DNA of 64,000 nucleotides from contig CAWFJP010000014.1 of assembly GCA_963816145.1 (NCBI GenBank), positions 685,705 to 749,704 of the forward strand, in the 5' to 3' direction. Both the position numbers and the translations under genes were made by a program. Each line of letters starts with the position of its first letter. Position 1 is the first letter of the stretch. The notes under the pieces were generated by a model. That model searched no databases. It saw only the letters and a program-made list of their open reading frames with translations, and was not told the origin of the DNA. The DNA comes from an uncultured delta proteobacterium (GTDB lineage Bacteria; Desulfobacterota; Binatia; UBA9968). Of this stretch, positions 30,265 to 43,017 are shown piece after piece.

Positions 30265-32181
30265 ATGGCGCGATTGCTAGATGGCATCGATTATCCGCGC
30301 GATATGCGCAAGCTTACTCTCGACCAGCTGCCGCAGTTGGCCCAGGAGATTCGCGAGGAAGTAATCTCGGTGGTGTCGGAAGTGGGCGGTCACTTTGCTT
30401 CGACCTTGGGGGCGGTGGAGCTGACGCTGGCGCTGCACTACGTGTTCGACACGCCGGAGGATCGCATCGTTTGGGACACCGGCCACCAGACCTATGCCCA
30501 CAAGCTCATCTGCGGCCGGCGCAATCGTCTCGCGACGATTCGCCAGCTCGGTGGCTTGAGCGGCTTTCTGTCGCGCGAGGAGAGCGAGTACGACACCTTC
30601 GGCGCCGGCCATGCCGGCACATCGATTTCCGCGGCGCTTGGCATGGTGGAAGCCAATGCGCTGTCCGGCGGTAAGCGCAAGGTGGTCGCGGTGATCAGCG
30701 ACGGCGGCCTGAGCGCAGGATTGACCTATGAGGGGCTCAACTCCGCCGGCCACCTCGATCGGGACTTGATCGTCGTACTCAACGACAATGAGCATTTTAT
30801 CGACCCGCGCGTTGGCGCGGTGTCGTCGTTCTTGAGCCGGCAGTTCACCACGGATTTGGGTGTTAGGCTGCAAAAAAATCTTTCGACCCTGCTCAAGAGC
30901 TTGCCCAGCGGCGAGCATATCAAGTATGCGGCGCGCAAGATTCGCGACTCGTTTTTAAGCTTGGTGACGCCGGGATTTCTCTTCGAGAGCTTGGGTTTCC
31001 AATATGTCGGCCCGATCGACGGACATGACATCGGCGCGATGGTCGCGACTCTGGAAAATATCAAAAAGGTCGAGGGGCCGATTTTGGTGCATGTCCTGAC
31101 CAAGAAGGGCAAAGGCTTTGCGCTGGCGGAAAACGATCCGATCAAATTTCACGGTGTCACGCCGTTTCACGTGTTGACCGGCAAGGCGAAAAAAGACAAA
31201 AGCCCGGTGCCGAGTTACACTGAGATATTCGGTCAGACCCTGGTTGGTCTGGCCAAGGATAACCCTAAAATCGTCGGCATCACGGCGGCCATGGGCAGCG
31301 GCACCGGCATCGATAAGATGCAGCGCCTACTCCCCGAACGCACCTACGATGTCGGTATCGCCGAACAGCATGCGGTGACTTTCGCCGCCGGCATGGCGAC
31401 GGAGGGTTACATTCCGGTGGTGGCGATCTATTCGACTTTTTTGCAGCGCGGCTACGACGAGATCCTGCACGATGTCTGTTTGCAGAATCTGCACGTGGTG
31501 ATGGCTCTCGACCGCGGCGGCCTGGTCGGCGCCGACGGCCCGACGCATCACGGTGTGTTCGACTTTGCTTACATGCGGTCGATCCCCAACATGGTCATTA
31601 TGGCGCCCAAGGACGAGAACGAATTGCAGCATATGCTCAAGACCGCCGTGGAGCATTCGGGGCCGATATCGCTGCGGTATCCGCGCGGCGAGGGTTGGGA
31701 TGTAACGCTCGATGAAAAGTTCCGTAGCCTGGAGATCGGCAAGGCGGAACTGCTGCGTGACGGCACCGACCTGGTCATCGCCGCCATCGGCCAGACGGTG
31801 ATTCCGGCGCTCAAAGCGGCGCAAGACTTGGCGCCTCTTGGCATCAGCGCGGCGGTGGTGAACGCCCGCTTCGTCAAGCCGTTGGATGAAAATCTATATC
31901 GCGATCTGCTCACCAAAGTGCCGCGGCTCATCACCGTCGAAGATCATGTGATCAGCGGCGGCTTCGGCAGCGCGCTGGTGGAATTCCTGGCGGACGATGG
32001 CATTACCGGAGTCGAAGTGAAGCGGCTCGGCGTGCCCGATCGATTCATTCCCCACGGCACTCAGGACGAACTCAGGAAAATCTGCGGCTTCGACAAAGAT
32101 GCCATCGCGCAAGCGGCCTTGCAGATGATGCGCCGCGGTAAAAAGAAAACTCGAGAAGGATGGGAAAGAGGCAGCGCTTAG
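30265..32181 (+). CDS. dxs: 1-deoxy-D-xylulose-5-phosphate synthase
   Basis: GGHF, WDTGHQ, GAGHAGTS, IAEQHA, DGPTHHG. Confidence 0.97.
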   Translation: MARLLDGIDYPRDMRKLTLDQLPQLAQEIREEVISVVSEVGGHFASTLGAVELTLALHYVFDTPEDRIVWDTGHQTYAHKLICGRRNRLATIRQLGGLSGFLSREESEYDTFGAGHAGTSISAALGMVEANALSGGKRKVVAVISDGGLSAGLTYEGLNSAGHLDRDLIVVLNDNEHFIDPRVGAVSSFLSRQFTTDLGVRLQKNLSTLLKSLPSGEHIKYAARKIRDSFLSLVTPGFLFESLGFQYVGPIDGHDIGAMVATLENIKKVEGPILVHVLTKKGKGFALAENDPIKFHGVTPFHVLTGKAKKDKSPVPSYTEIFGQTLVGLAKDNPKIVGITAAMGSGTGIDKMQRLLPERTYDVGIAEQHAVTFAAGMATEGYIPVVAIYSTFLQRGYDEILHDVCLQNLHVVMALDRGGLVGADGPTHHGVFDFAYMRSIPNMVIMAPKDENELQHMLKTAVEHSGPISLRYPRGEGWDVTLDEKFRSLEIGKAELLRDGTDLVIAAIGQTVIPALKAAQDLAPLGISAAVVNARFVKPLDENLYRDLLTKVPRLITVEDHVISGGFGSALVEFLADDGITGVEVKRLGVPDRFIPHGTQDELRKICGFDKDAIAQAALQMMRRGKKKTREGWERGSA

Positions 32182-32906
32182 ACCTGCTCTTGGTCGAGCG
32201 CCAACTGGTGGCGAGCCGGGAAGAAGGACGGCGGCGCATTCTCGCCGGCGAAGTTCTGGTCAACCAGCAGCCGGTCACCAAAGCGGGCAATCTGATCGAC
32301 GGCGCAGCGACGATCAGCGTAAAAGCCACGCCTCTCTACGTCAGCCGCGGCGGCGTCAAACTGGAGAAGGCGCTGCGCGAGTTCGCCGTAGAAGTCGTCG
32401 GCAAAAATGCCATCGACATCGGCGCTTCCACCGGCGGCTTCACCGACTGTCTGCTCGCCCATGGCGCGGCCAAAGTGATCGCCGTCGATGTCGGCTACGG
32501 CCAGCTAGATTGGAAACTGCGCAACGATGCGCGCATCGTGGTACTCGAGAAGACCAACATCCGTTATTTGGAGCCGACGCTTTTGCCGTTCGTTCCGGAA
32601 CTCGCGACCATCGATGCATCGTTCATATCGCTCAAACTCATTCTGCCCAAAGTGCGTTCGCTCATTGCCGCAGATGGTACTGTGATCGCCCTGATCAAAC
32701 CGCAGTTCGAAGTCGGCAAGGGAAAAGTCGGCAAAGGCGGGGTAGTGCGCTCGGCGCAAGAGCATCAGCGCGTCATCGACGAGATTGCCCAGGCGTCGGC
32801 CGGCTGCGGCTATCGGGTGTTGGCGGTCACCGAATCGCCGCTTTTGGGCCCCAAAGGTAATAAAGAGTTTCTGCTCCATCTCGAGGTCGCTAGGGTGTTA
32901 GATTAA
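32160..32906 (+). CDS. tlyA: TlyA family rRNA methyltransferase
   Basis: S4 domain, YVSRGG.KL, DIGASTGGFTD, KPQFE, GPKGNKE. Confidence 0.95.
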   Translation: MGKRQRLDLLLVERQLVASREEGRRRILAGEVLVNQQPVTKAGNLIDGAATISVKATPLYVSRGGVKLEKALREFAVEVVGKNAIDIGASTGGFTDCLLAHGAAKVIAVDVGYGQLDWKLRNDARIVVLEKTNIRYLEPTLLPFVPELATIDASFISLKLILPKVRSLIAADGTVIALIKPQFEVGKGKVGKGGVVRSAQEHQRVIDEIAQASAGCGYRVLAVTESPLLGPKGNKEFLLHLEVARVLD

Positions 32907-32939
32907 GATTTCGCCATCGCCGCGAGATCTATTTTCGCC

Positions 32940-33671
32940 ATGCAATCTTTAAAAAAAATCGCCCACCGCGGCGCCTCGGGACAGTATCCGGAAAACAGCC
33001 GGTTGGCATTTGAAAAGGCGATCGCCGCGGGTGCGGACATGATCGAGCTCGAATGCCAACTGACGGCCGATGGCCATGTGGTGGTGTTCCATGACGAAAG
33101 GCTGACGCGCACCACCGGCGTCCGCGGCAAGATCCAAGATAAGACGCTCGAGAAGTTGCGCAAACTCGATATCGGCAAGTGGCGCAAGCCGGCTTTTCGC
33201 GGCGAGAAAATCTTGACCCTGGAGGAAGCGCTGGAAATTATTGCCGGCAATGTCGATCTCTGCTTGGAAATCAAAACCGCCGCGGCAGCGCCGGCGGGGA
33301 TCGAGTTAAAGCTGCTGTTTATCTTGAGTCATTACGATTATCTGGAACGGACCACGATCTTGTCGTTCGATTACCGCAGTCTGGCGCGGGTGCGCGAGTT
33401 GGCGCCCGAGGCCACTCTTGGGATCATTTACGGAGCGAGTATCAAGGACGATCCGTTCGCCGCTGCCGAACGGTTCGCCGCGTCGTCGATCCACGTGCAA
33501 AAACAGCTGGCCAGCCGCGAGTTTCTCGACCAGGCCTGGCAAGCGGGATTGGATGTCTATGTCTGGACTGTCAACGATTTGCGCGAGATGGAAACCTTTG
33601 TGGCGTTGGGCGTGCAAGGAATAGTTTCCGATTATCCGGAAAAATTTGTCCGGCTGGGCCGCAGTCGGTGA
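32940..33671 (+). CDS. Glycerophosphodiester phosphodiesterase
   Basis: AHRGAS..PEN, FHD, EIK, WTVN, SDYP. Confidence 0.9.
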   Translation: MQSLKKIAHRGASGQYPENSRLAFEKAIAAGADMIELECQLTADGHVVVFHDERLTRTTGVRGKIQDKTLEKLRKLDIGKWRKPAFRGEKILTLEEALEIIAGNVDLCLEIKTAAAAPAGIELKLLFILSHYDYLERTTILSFDYRSLARVRELAPEATLGIIYGASIKDDPFAAAERFAASSIHVQKQLASREFLDQAWQAGLDVYVWTVNDLREMETFVALGVQGIVSDYPEKFVRLGRSR

Positions 33672-33802
33672 TTGAGCGGCGCTTGCGGAGCGCTTTCGCG
33701 TCCCCGGATTTGGCCTTCTGCGGCGCCTCACCCAAGCTTTAGATGGGCTTCATCGTAGCTCCGAGAGACGACTGCAAACGGTTAGATTTAAAAGCGTTTT
33801 AC

Positions 33803-33830
33803 TTGACTTGAAGGATTTATCAGCTAAACT
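33803..33830 (+). promoter_or_regulatory. Candidate sigma70 promoter of the rpsU-dnaG-rpoD operon
   Basis: TTGACT-16 nt-TAAACT ~50 nt upstream of rpsU. Confidence 0.5.
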
Positions 33831-33879
33831 CGTAAACGGTTTATGTGCGGTCTGCCTGGATCGGGGGTGAATCATAACT

Positions 33880-34074
33880 ATGACCGGAGTTCGGGTTCGA
33901 GATAACGAATCGATCGAAAGCGCCATCCGCCGCTTTAAAAAACTATGCGAAAAAGCCGGCATCCTCGCCGAATTGCGTAAACGAGAACATTACGAGAAGC
34001 CTAGCGTTAAGCGTAAGAAAAAAGCGATTGCCGCGAAAAAGCGCGCCCTGCGACGCGTGCGTCATTCGTTCTAA
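33880..34074 (+). CDS. rpsU: 30S ribosomal protein S21
   Basis: [16 protein letters not shown]. Confidence 0.97.
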   Translation: MTGVRVRDNESIESAIRRFKKLCEKAGILAELRKREHYEKPSVKRKKKAIAAKKRALRRVRHSF

Positions 34075-34101
34075 AATTCAAATTGCGAGCCTAACATACC
34101 G

Positions 34102-34548
34102 ATGGATTTGAAAGCGGAGATTCAGCAGGCCGTGAAAGCTGCCATGAAAGGCGGCGACACGGTCACGCTTTCAACCCTTCGATTATTATTGGCGGCGTTG
34201 CAGAACGAAGAAATCCGTGTTCGCCGGGCGCTTGGCGCTGATGAGATCCAGAAAATCGTCGGCACTCTGTGCAAACAGCGCGGTGAAGCGATTGAGTTGT
34301 ATCGCAAAGGCGGGCGAGAGGAGCTAGCGGCCAAGGAAGAGGCCGAATTAGCGATCCTCAAGGGGTTTCTCCCGCAGCAACTCTCCGACGATGAGATTAA
34401 GTCTGCAATCCAATCGAGTATCGATGAGGCGGGTGCCAAAGGATTAGCCGACCTAGGTAAAGTAATGAAGCTGGTGATGCCCAAGGTGGCGGGACGCAGC
34501 GATGGAAAGCGAGTTAACGATCTCGCCAAGGCATTGCTGGCTGGTTAG
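34102..34548 (+). CDS. GatB/YqeY domain protein
   Basis: AMKGGD, KQR.EA..Y..GGR, LPQQL, LGKVM; follows rpsU. Confidence 0.93.
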   Translation: MDLKAEIQQAVKAAMKGGDTVTLSTLRLLLAALQNEEIRVRRALGADEIQKIVGTLCKQRGEAIELYRKGGREELAAKEEAELAILKGFLPQQLSDDEIKSAIQSSIDEAGAKGLADLGKVMKLVMPKVAGRSDGKRVNDLAKALLAG

Positions 34549-34675
34549 TGCAAAGGGAGTGGGCTCGGTCCGGCCGATGTAACCGGTTTGCCTTGGAAGA
34601 TATCGACTGTGCGAAGATGGCGAGCGGCGTGTGCGACCATGGGGCGGCGCCGCTACCGCAGGTGGGTGCCAGCTG

Positions 34676-35209
34676 GTGAATTGGATCGATCTGATTTTGC
34701 TCGCCGTCTTAGCGATATTCGGCCTGCGCGGCTTCTTCCGAGGTTTTTTCCGTGAAATCTTGTCACTTGCCGGACTCATCATCGGTTTCCTGGTCGCCGC
34801 GCGCTACGGCGATGTCGCGGCGCAATACGTGGCGCAGCATTGGAAATTGTCACCGCTTCTGCTTAAGGGTTCTGGCTTTGTCGCGATCTTTTTTGTGATT
34901 TATTTCGGCTTTAACTTGGCCGGCTGGCTGTTGCACCGTTCGGAAAAAATGCTTTTTCTCAAAACCGTCAACCGCGCCGGCGGCATCGCTCTCGGCGTCG
35001 GCAAGGGCGCGGCGGTGGCGGCGCTGGCGGTATTTCTATTAGGCTCCTCTTCACTACTCTCTCGACCGACTCGTGACTCCCTTGAACATGCCTACTTGGT
35101 GCCGCCATTGTCCGAACTGGGCGAGAGTTTGGTCAAAGCCGGCAAAGAGCGAATGTTCACCGGGGATAACTCCAGCCCCGCGCCGGCCCGTGAGCGGCAG
35201 GCGATCTAG
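34676..35209 (+). CDS. cvpA: CvpA family membrane protein
   Basis: NWIDLI..GFFRGFFREI, NRAGG..LG. Confidence 0.85.
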   Translation: MNWIDLILLAVLAIFGLRGFFRGFFREILSLAGLIIGFLVAARYGDVAAQYVAQHWKLSPLLLKGSGFVAIFFVIYFGFNLAGWLLHRSEKMLFLKTVNRAGGIALGVGKGAAVAALAVFLLGSSSLLSRPTRDSLEHAYLVPPLSELGESLVKAGKERMFTGDNSSPAPARERQAI

Positions 35210-36948
35210 ATTGGTGCCATGATTAGCCAGGAAAAAATCGCTGAGATTCGAAATCGCGCATCAATCGTCGAAGTGATCGCCGATTATGTCACGCTCAAGA
35301 AATCCGGCCGCAATCACATGGGGCTTTGTCCGTTCCACGGTGAGAAGACCCCGTCGTTCACGGTCAACGAAGAGAAGGGTATTTTTCACTGCTTCGGCTG
35401 CCATGCCGGCGGCTCCGTGTTTCAATTCCTCATGCAGTACGACCACCTGACTTTTCCTGAGGCCGTGGAACAGGTAGCGAAGCGCTACGGCATTGTCATC
35501 GAAAGATCGGACGCGCGCAACTATCAGCGCGACCTGGGCGAGCGTGAGACGCTCTTTCGCATTAACGAACGGGCCGCGGCCAATTACCAGAGCATCCTGT
35601 TCGATCATGCCGAGGGCCGTGCGGCGTTGGAATATCTGCGCCGCCGCGGCGTCGACGACGCCACCGCGCGCAAGTTCATGTTGGGCTTCGCGCCCCAGGG
35701 CGGTTCGGGCTTGGTCACCTTGGTCAAGAAAGAAAGTTTGGCGTTGGCGGACGCGATCAAGCTCGGGCTCGTCGCCCAGCGCAACCCGCAGCAATATTAT
35801 GAAAAGTTTTTTGCCCGGGTGATGTTTCCCATCGCCAACGCTGCGGGTAAGATCGTCGGCTTCGGCGGCCGGGTGATGGATCAGGGCATGCCGAAGTATT
35901 TGAATTCGAGCGAAACGCCGCTGTTTCACAAGGGATCGACGGTGTACGGTCTGCACCAAGCCAAGGAAAGTATCCGCCAGGCCGATCGGGTGGTGGTGGT
36001 CGAAGGGTACCTCGATGTGATCGCCCTGGCGCAGCATGGTGTCGGTTACGCGGTGGCGACTTTGGGGACGGCGCTGACTGTCGAACATGTGCGCGCCTTG
36101 TCACGCTACACCAAGAATATTATCGCGTTGTTCGACGGCGACGATGCCGGGCTCAAGGCGGCGGCGCGTAGCTTCGAGATCTTTGTCGAAGCCGGCATGC
36201 TCGGCCGCGCGGCGTTTCTGCCCAAGGACGACGATCCCGATACTTTTGTTCGCAAGCAAGGCAAGGACGCCGTCGAGAAGTTGCTCGATCAAGCGGTGCC
36301 GCTGGCCGATTATTATTTTTCCTGGTTGCAAAAGCGCTATGGCAGTACCATCGAAGGCAAGAGCCAGACAGCCAGCGAGATCGGCCGGTTGCTCGCCAAG
36401 GTGACCAATCCATTCGAAGTCGATTTGTTGATTCGTCGTGCCGCGGATTTGGGTGTTCGCGAAGAACTGTTGCGCCGGCCGGTGGCCAACCCGGCCAGTC
36501 CCCGGCCGTTCGCGTCGAGCCATCCGGTTGCCGCCGCGCCGGCGCCGAAAGATAATCGCGACGATATCGCCGAGCGTTCGCTGGTCGGGCTATTGCTGCG
36601 GGTGCCGGCGCTGCTCGATAAATTGGCGCGGGATGCGCGCGTGCGCCAATGTTTTAGCGACAAATGGCGTCCAGCGGTTGACGCGATCATATTGGAATGG
36701 CAAGAAACAGGGAACATCGACATCGGCGCCATCAGCCAAACGTTGCCGGAGCCTCTGGTCAGCGGATTTGCCGCCTTGGTGTTGGAAGCGGAGAACCGGT
36801 CTGACGCCGAGTGCGCCAATATGGCCAGCGATTGTCTGACCCACTTGCAACGCAAGTACTTAAAGACCCAAGAGCGCGATTTACGTATCGCCATCCGCGC
36901 TGCCGAAGAGAAACGCGATGAAATCGCCAAGAGAGAAAGGATACTAGA

Positions 36949-38820
<1,872 letters not shown>

Positions 38821-38877
38821 GACTTCCAGTCTTTGAACACGTAACCCGAAACTCTCAACCCGAAACAATTTATTTAA

Positions 38878-38954
38878 GGGCCCATAGCTCAGTTGGTTAG
38901 AGCCACCGGCTCATAACCGGTTGGTCCCTGGTTCGAGTCCAGGTGGGCCCACCA
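38878..38954 (+). tRNA. tRNA with CAT anticodon, most likely tRNA-Ile2 (lysidine)
   Basis: 77 nt cloverleaf gggcccatagctcagttggttagagc..ctcataa..gttcgagtccaggtgggcccacca with encoded CCA; position after rpoD. Confidence 0.9.
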
Positions 38955-39970
38955 ACTTCTTCCTCAAAGTTTTCCAGTACTTCGTCGGGGTCCGTGCCTG
39001 TAGCCTTTACTTGGGTTTCGGTAAAGGTTTCGGGTTTGGCCCCGATGAGCCTTGAAAACTGCTCTTCAACGTCGTCGCCGATGTACTTGCCATAGTGCTT
39101 TTCGATCATTGTCACGGACGTGCCGCAATACTCCGCCAACCACTTGATGTGAACGCCATTACTCAAGCCTGCTGATATGAACGTATGGCGGGTAGAGTAG
39201 GGCTTACGTTCGCGGATGCCGGTGCCTCTTAGGATTCGATACCAGATTCCGCCACGCCAAGTGTGAAAATTTAGCAGCTGGCCTTCCTGGTTCTTAAAGA
39301 CATGCTCGTCAATCCCAACGTGCAATGGCTTAGCCGCTTTGAACACGTCAACGACTTCCGGGAGTAGCCGAATTTCTCTTTCACTTCCGGCAGTCTTGGT
39401 GCCGTTCTCTGCGTCCATGTAACGGGACTTAGAAATTGATAGAAAGCCATGCTTGATATCGATGTCTTCCCAGCGCAGCGCCAAGGCTTCCGATGGCCTC
39501 ACGCCCGTCCAAAAGAGTAGGTAGACAAACGGATAATAGAACCGGCTCTTATCCTTAAATACCTGAATGATCTTATCGCGCTCTTCTTCGGTAAATGGAT
39601 CGGGCTTAGGTGAGGGGAGACGTGGCCAATCCAGGGCGGCGAAGGGATCGGTATCGATTAAGTGATCGATCTTGCGAGCATCGCGCATCATCGACGGAAT
39701 GAAGCGTCAATGATCGTTCGCGCCGATTTCATCTTCAGTCCGCGCTCGCCGGTTAGGTAGGTTCTGAAATCTAACAGCGTGCGTGGTTGAACATCCTTTA
39801 GCTTGACGCTCTCAAATTGCGGCAGAATGTAGCGCCGAAAGTGCTCACGGTAGTCTCGCTCCAGGCCCATGCGAACTGCTGGCGGTTTTTTTCCTTCAAT
39901 CCACTTCTTAAAGTATGCGCCCACGGTTTGTTCGATGCTCTCAGGCTTTTTCTGGCTGAGGTGAGACATT
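38897..39970 (-). pseudogene. Tyrosine integrase 1 (frameshift near 39690, N-terminal arm-binding part missing)
   Basis: TGVRPSE, KT, PYSTRH, EKHY; homologous to the 48100 integrase but lacks its first ~65 aa. Confidence 0.85.
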
Positions 39971-40083
39971 AAGACCTTTGCCGTGATAAAGGGTGATTCG
40001 ATCACGGTTATAATAAGAAGTAATTTCTGGTGGGGGACCTTTGAATAATTTACGTTCCAATAAAGGATTATGCTTGACCGGCG

Positions 40084-40287
40084 TTATTTGGCTTTATCAC
40101 GCTCCCTAGCTATACGCAGGCGCTCTTCTTTCAACTTCAATCCTTCCTCAGATAGTGTTAGCTCAGGAAATAATCTCTCCAACAGCCCATACGCCGCAAG
40201 TTCAACGTCCTCATTTGTCTTGACGGCACCAAAAGTCACGACTTTATGTCCAGGTTTCTTTTCTGCTTCTGCCATAACATTCTCCAT
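40084..40287 (-). CDS. Hypothetical protein
   Basis: 67 aa ORF, protein-like composition; no family recognised. Confidence 0.4.
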   Translation of the reverse strand: MENVMAEAEKKPGHKVVTFGAVKTNEDVELAAYGLLERLFPELTLSEEGLKLKEERLRIARERDKAK

Positions 40288-40838
40288 GCTTCTGTTATCT
40301 TAGCGGCTATTAAGTTGAGATTGCTTTGATTGGCAACGATCGAACCAGCGTGCCGTGGATACTATCTTTTTCAAGCCAATAAAAAACAAACAAACAACAA
40401 AAAACAACAAATACTCTAATTATACGAATTTCCGACGAAATCGCTCATTCAACAGAACTAGTAATCTACACGAACTATATCACGACGGGCCAGCGCGGCC
40501 TTTGATATAAGCTGCTAGACACCCCGATTATCATCGTTGATATCAGCTCTTTTGAAATACTTATGTATTCCAAAATAGTATAGGTTCTGGACTATCAAGC
40601 TTTAAGATTATCAAGCCGTTTCTCGGCCCACGAGATTGTTTCCTGATCAAGGCCCATGTTATCCAAAGCGAGCTAGTAGAGAAGCTAGATCGAGTAGTCT
40701 CGGAGATCGAACAACTTAGCGCGTGATTATGATCGATTGATAATGAGATTGGCTACAAGTTTAGCGACAGAACTCATTACGTTAGGTGGCCTAGCAGTGA
40801 GGCGAGAGTTAGTATCAATTTCTACGGTGAGGGCACTA

Positions 40839-41969
40839 ATGGAACAAGCCACAGACGAAAAGCAAGCCGCGATAACCCTGCACCTGCTCCATGGAACATG
40901 GGCGTCCCATGCGGCGTGGACACAGCCTGATTCTGAGTTAGTGAAATCGTTACAGAAAGAGTTTGGAAAACCGCTTCCTATGGAGTGGAAAGGTAAAAAC
41001 CGTGATTCCGATCGCCGCTCGGCGGCTGAGCAAGTGATAGTTGCACTTCAGCAGCAGGAGGGCCGTCACGTCTTAATTGCCCACAGTCATGGGGGAAACG
41101 TTGCGCTTTACGCCGCTGCCGATCATAGACTTCACGGTAAGATAGCAGGGATCATTTGCTTGAACACCCCCTTCATTTCCATAATTCGTCGTGATTACAC
41201 TACACGCCTAGCACTCCTGGCCATGTTGGCGGTGGTGGCTCCGATCATGTGGGCCGCTGGGGAATTGATCAAGAGAGTTGAGGGCGTCCTTATGGAGGGA
41301 TTTGTGACCCTTGGCGCTGGTATTCTCATTGCCCTGACTCTTGGTAGCGTCATCCCTCTTCTCCGTTACTTTCAAAGAAAAGGTACAGTGATCTGGAATC
41401 GTCTCGCGCCGACTCACGTACAGGACATTCCCGTGCTCTGCATCTCGGCTGGTGACGATGAGGCACAATACAGCCTCTCTCTACTGGAGCATGTCGCGAA
41501 TCTCCCCACCATTCTACAGCATCCCTTCATGATGATGGTTCTGTTCTTCGGCTGTGTGGGAATGCAGATCGCTGGCTTGCTCCCTGAATTTACGTTGTTC
41601 GGCTTCAGCTCTGGACTAGTCTATGGCGGCTTTATGTACGTCCTAGCTGTTTTCCTCGTTCTACAGCTGATCGCGATTGTTTTCTCGTTTGTGGCAGGGC
41701 GGATCGCACTGGGTCTAGGATTCGGTTACTGGCCACTTTTGTATAATTTCGTTGTTCGCGTTAGCGTTACGCCTACCCCGCTTTATTATCGTCTGGTGGA
41801 CTTCATTGACTTTGTGATACCCGCTGGCAAAAAACTCTCTATGCTTGCACATAGCCGCGTCTATCAGGATGAGAGGGCAATTCAGCAAGTGGTATTATGG
41901 ATCAAGAATGGATTCGCATTAAGTCCCAATGCAAAAGAGATCAATGAAATAAACGTGTTACCTAACTGA
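40839..41969 (+). CDS. Membrane-anchored alpha/beta hydrolase (lipase-like), on an integron-cassette-like unit
   Basis: LLHGTW, IAHSHGGN nucleophile elbow, LNTPF, inserted TM helices, C-terminal AHS. Confidence 0.75.
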   Translation: MEQATDEKQAAITLHLLHGTWASHAAWTQPDSELVKSLQKEFGKPLPMEWKGKNRDSDRRSAAEQVIVALQQQEGRHVLIAHSHGGNVALYAAADHRLHGKIAGIICLNTPFISIIRRDYTTRLALLAMLAVVAPIMWAAGELIKRVEGVLMEGFVTLGAGILIALTLGSVIPLLRYFQRKGTVIWNRLAPTHVQDIPVLCISAGDDEAQYSLSLLEHVANLPTILQHPFMMMVLFFGCVGMQIAGLLPEFTLFGFSSGLVYGGFMYVLAVFLVLQLIAIVFSFVAGRIALGLGFGYWPLLYNFVVRVSVTPTPLYYRLVDFIDFVIPAGKKLSMLAHSRVYQDERAIQQVVLWIKNGFALSPNAKEINEINVLPN

Positions 41970-42017
41970 GGCATGCATCTGACCGGGACCCGCTACCACT
42001 TAGCATTAAAGTCCGGC
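41960..42017 (+). other. Truncated attC-like site
   Basis: R'' ACCTAAC abutting the stop codon, 5 nt spacer, CATGCATC-TGAC, nested stem; complementary GTTAGGT at 40781. Confidence 0.55.
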
Positions 42018-42041
42018 CTGAAAGAGTTGTGGAAAATCAAG

Positions 42042-42226
42042 ATGTGCGGTCGCTACGGCTTTGCTCCTGGTGAGTTCCGGGAAATCAAACTCCGCTTCAA
42101 CATTGGCGGGGATATACCGCTGTTCAAGCCGCGCTATAACATTGCACCTACTCAGCAAGCGCCGGTGATAGTGAACTTAGAAGGCGGAAACCGAATGGAG
42201 TTATTCCAAATGGGGCCTGGTGCCGT
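42042..42226 (+). pseudogene. SOS response-associated peptidase (SRAP/YedK) N-terminal fragment
   Basis: MCGRY, PRYNIAPTQ, (W)GLVP. Confidence 0.85.
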
Positions 42227-42779
42227 CCGGGGTCTATGTGGCTAATGGGGGCTTGGATAGTGATCAGCGGCAAATCGGAGGGAACTCTTAAATCGCCGAT
42301 GAAGCTAAAGACTAAAAATGGAGTCAATGGTCAGCGCGTTGCAGCGACGCGTCGTAATGCTCGTGACCGCCAAGAACAGCATCGCGTAGTTCCCAAAACA
42401 CAGTGGCCAATGCCACCCACAGCACGATTTCCGCTGCACTCCAAAAATCAAGTGGTAGTAAGACTGTCACTACCGTTGTTGGAATTAAAACTTCGTACAT
42501 CATCGGTACCTCACTCGGTGTCTCGCTAGTAGAGCAATCAGGGTACCTGAGCAGTTAATATATCGCCGAAATAACTTTGGGGAAGTTTGGTCCACGTGTG
42601 TGAAAGGTTTCGAAAAACCGTCTCCGGCAGAATAGCCCGATTAGCTAGCCGAAACAGCGCATCAGCCAGCGGTGTCCCGGTCGTGAAAGGCGCAGGTGAG
42701 AATCGCTTCTGTGACTGTGTTAGCTTATAGGGACATACCGAATGGAGTGACAATGGCTGGGTAAATAAAACCCGACAGA

Positions 42780-42946
42780 GTGATGCTCAGCGACCGCGCC
42801 GCACTCGAATGGATTAGCGGTGACGAGATCCGTCACGCTCTAAGCTTGCTTAAACCGTTTCCCGCCGAGTTGATGGATGGCTACGAGGTTTCCAAGTTAG
42901 TGAACAATCCACAGAATGACCGTCGGAGTGCATCGTAGCAGTTTGA
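42780..42946 (+). pseudogene. SRAP C-terminal fragment
   Basis: Hand translation VMLSDRAALEWI..LLKPFPAELMDGYEVSKLVNNPQND. Confidence 0.7.
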
Positions 42947-43017
42947 TGTCTACACCTTGCTAAACTCTGTACAGACTATAGGGAATGGGTTATGGCTGAT
43001 TTGATTCGCGTTAAAAC

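Noticed and set aside
38843-38866. aacccgaaac x2 before the tRNA, similar to the island 1 arm motif
   Set aside because: Lies on the chromosomal side of att where arm sites are not expected; may be a common intergenic heptamer repeat.
40379-40412. A/C-rich tract aaaaaacaaacaaacaacaaaaaacaacaaa
   Set aside because: Low complexity with no fixed period; no function supportable.
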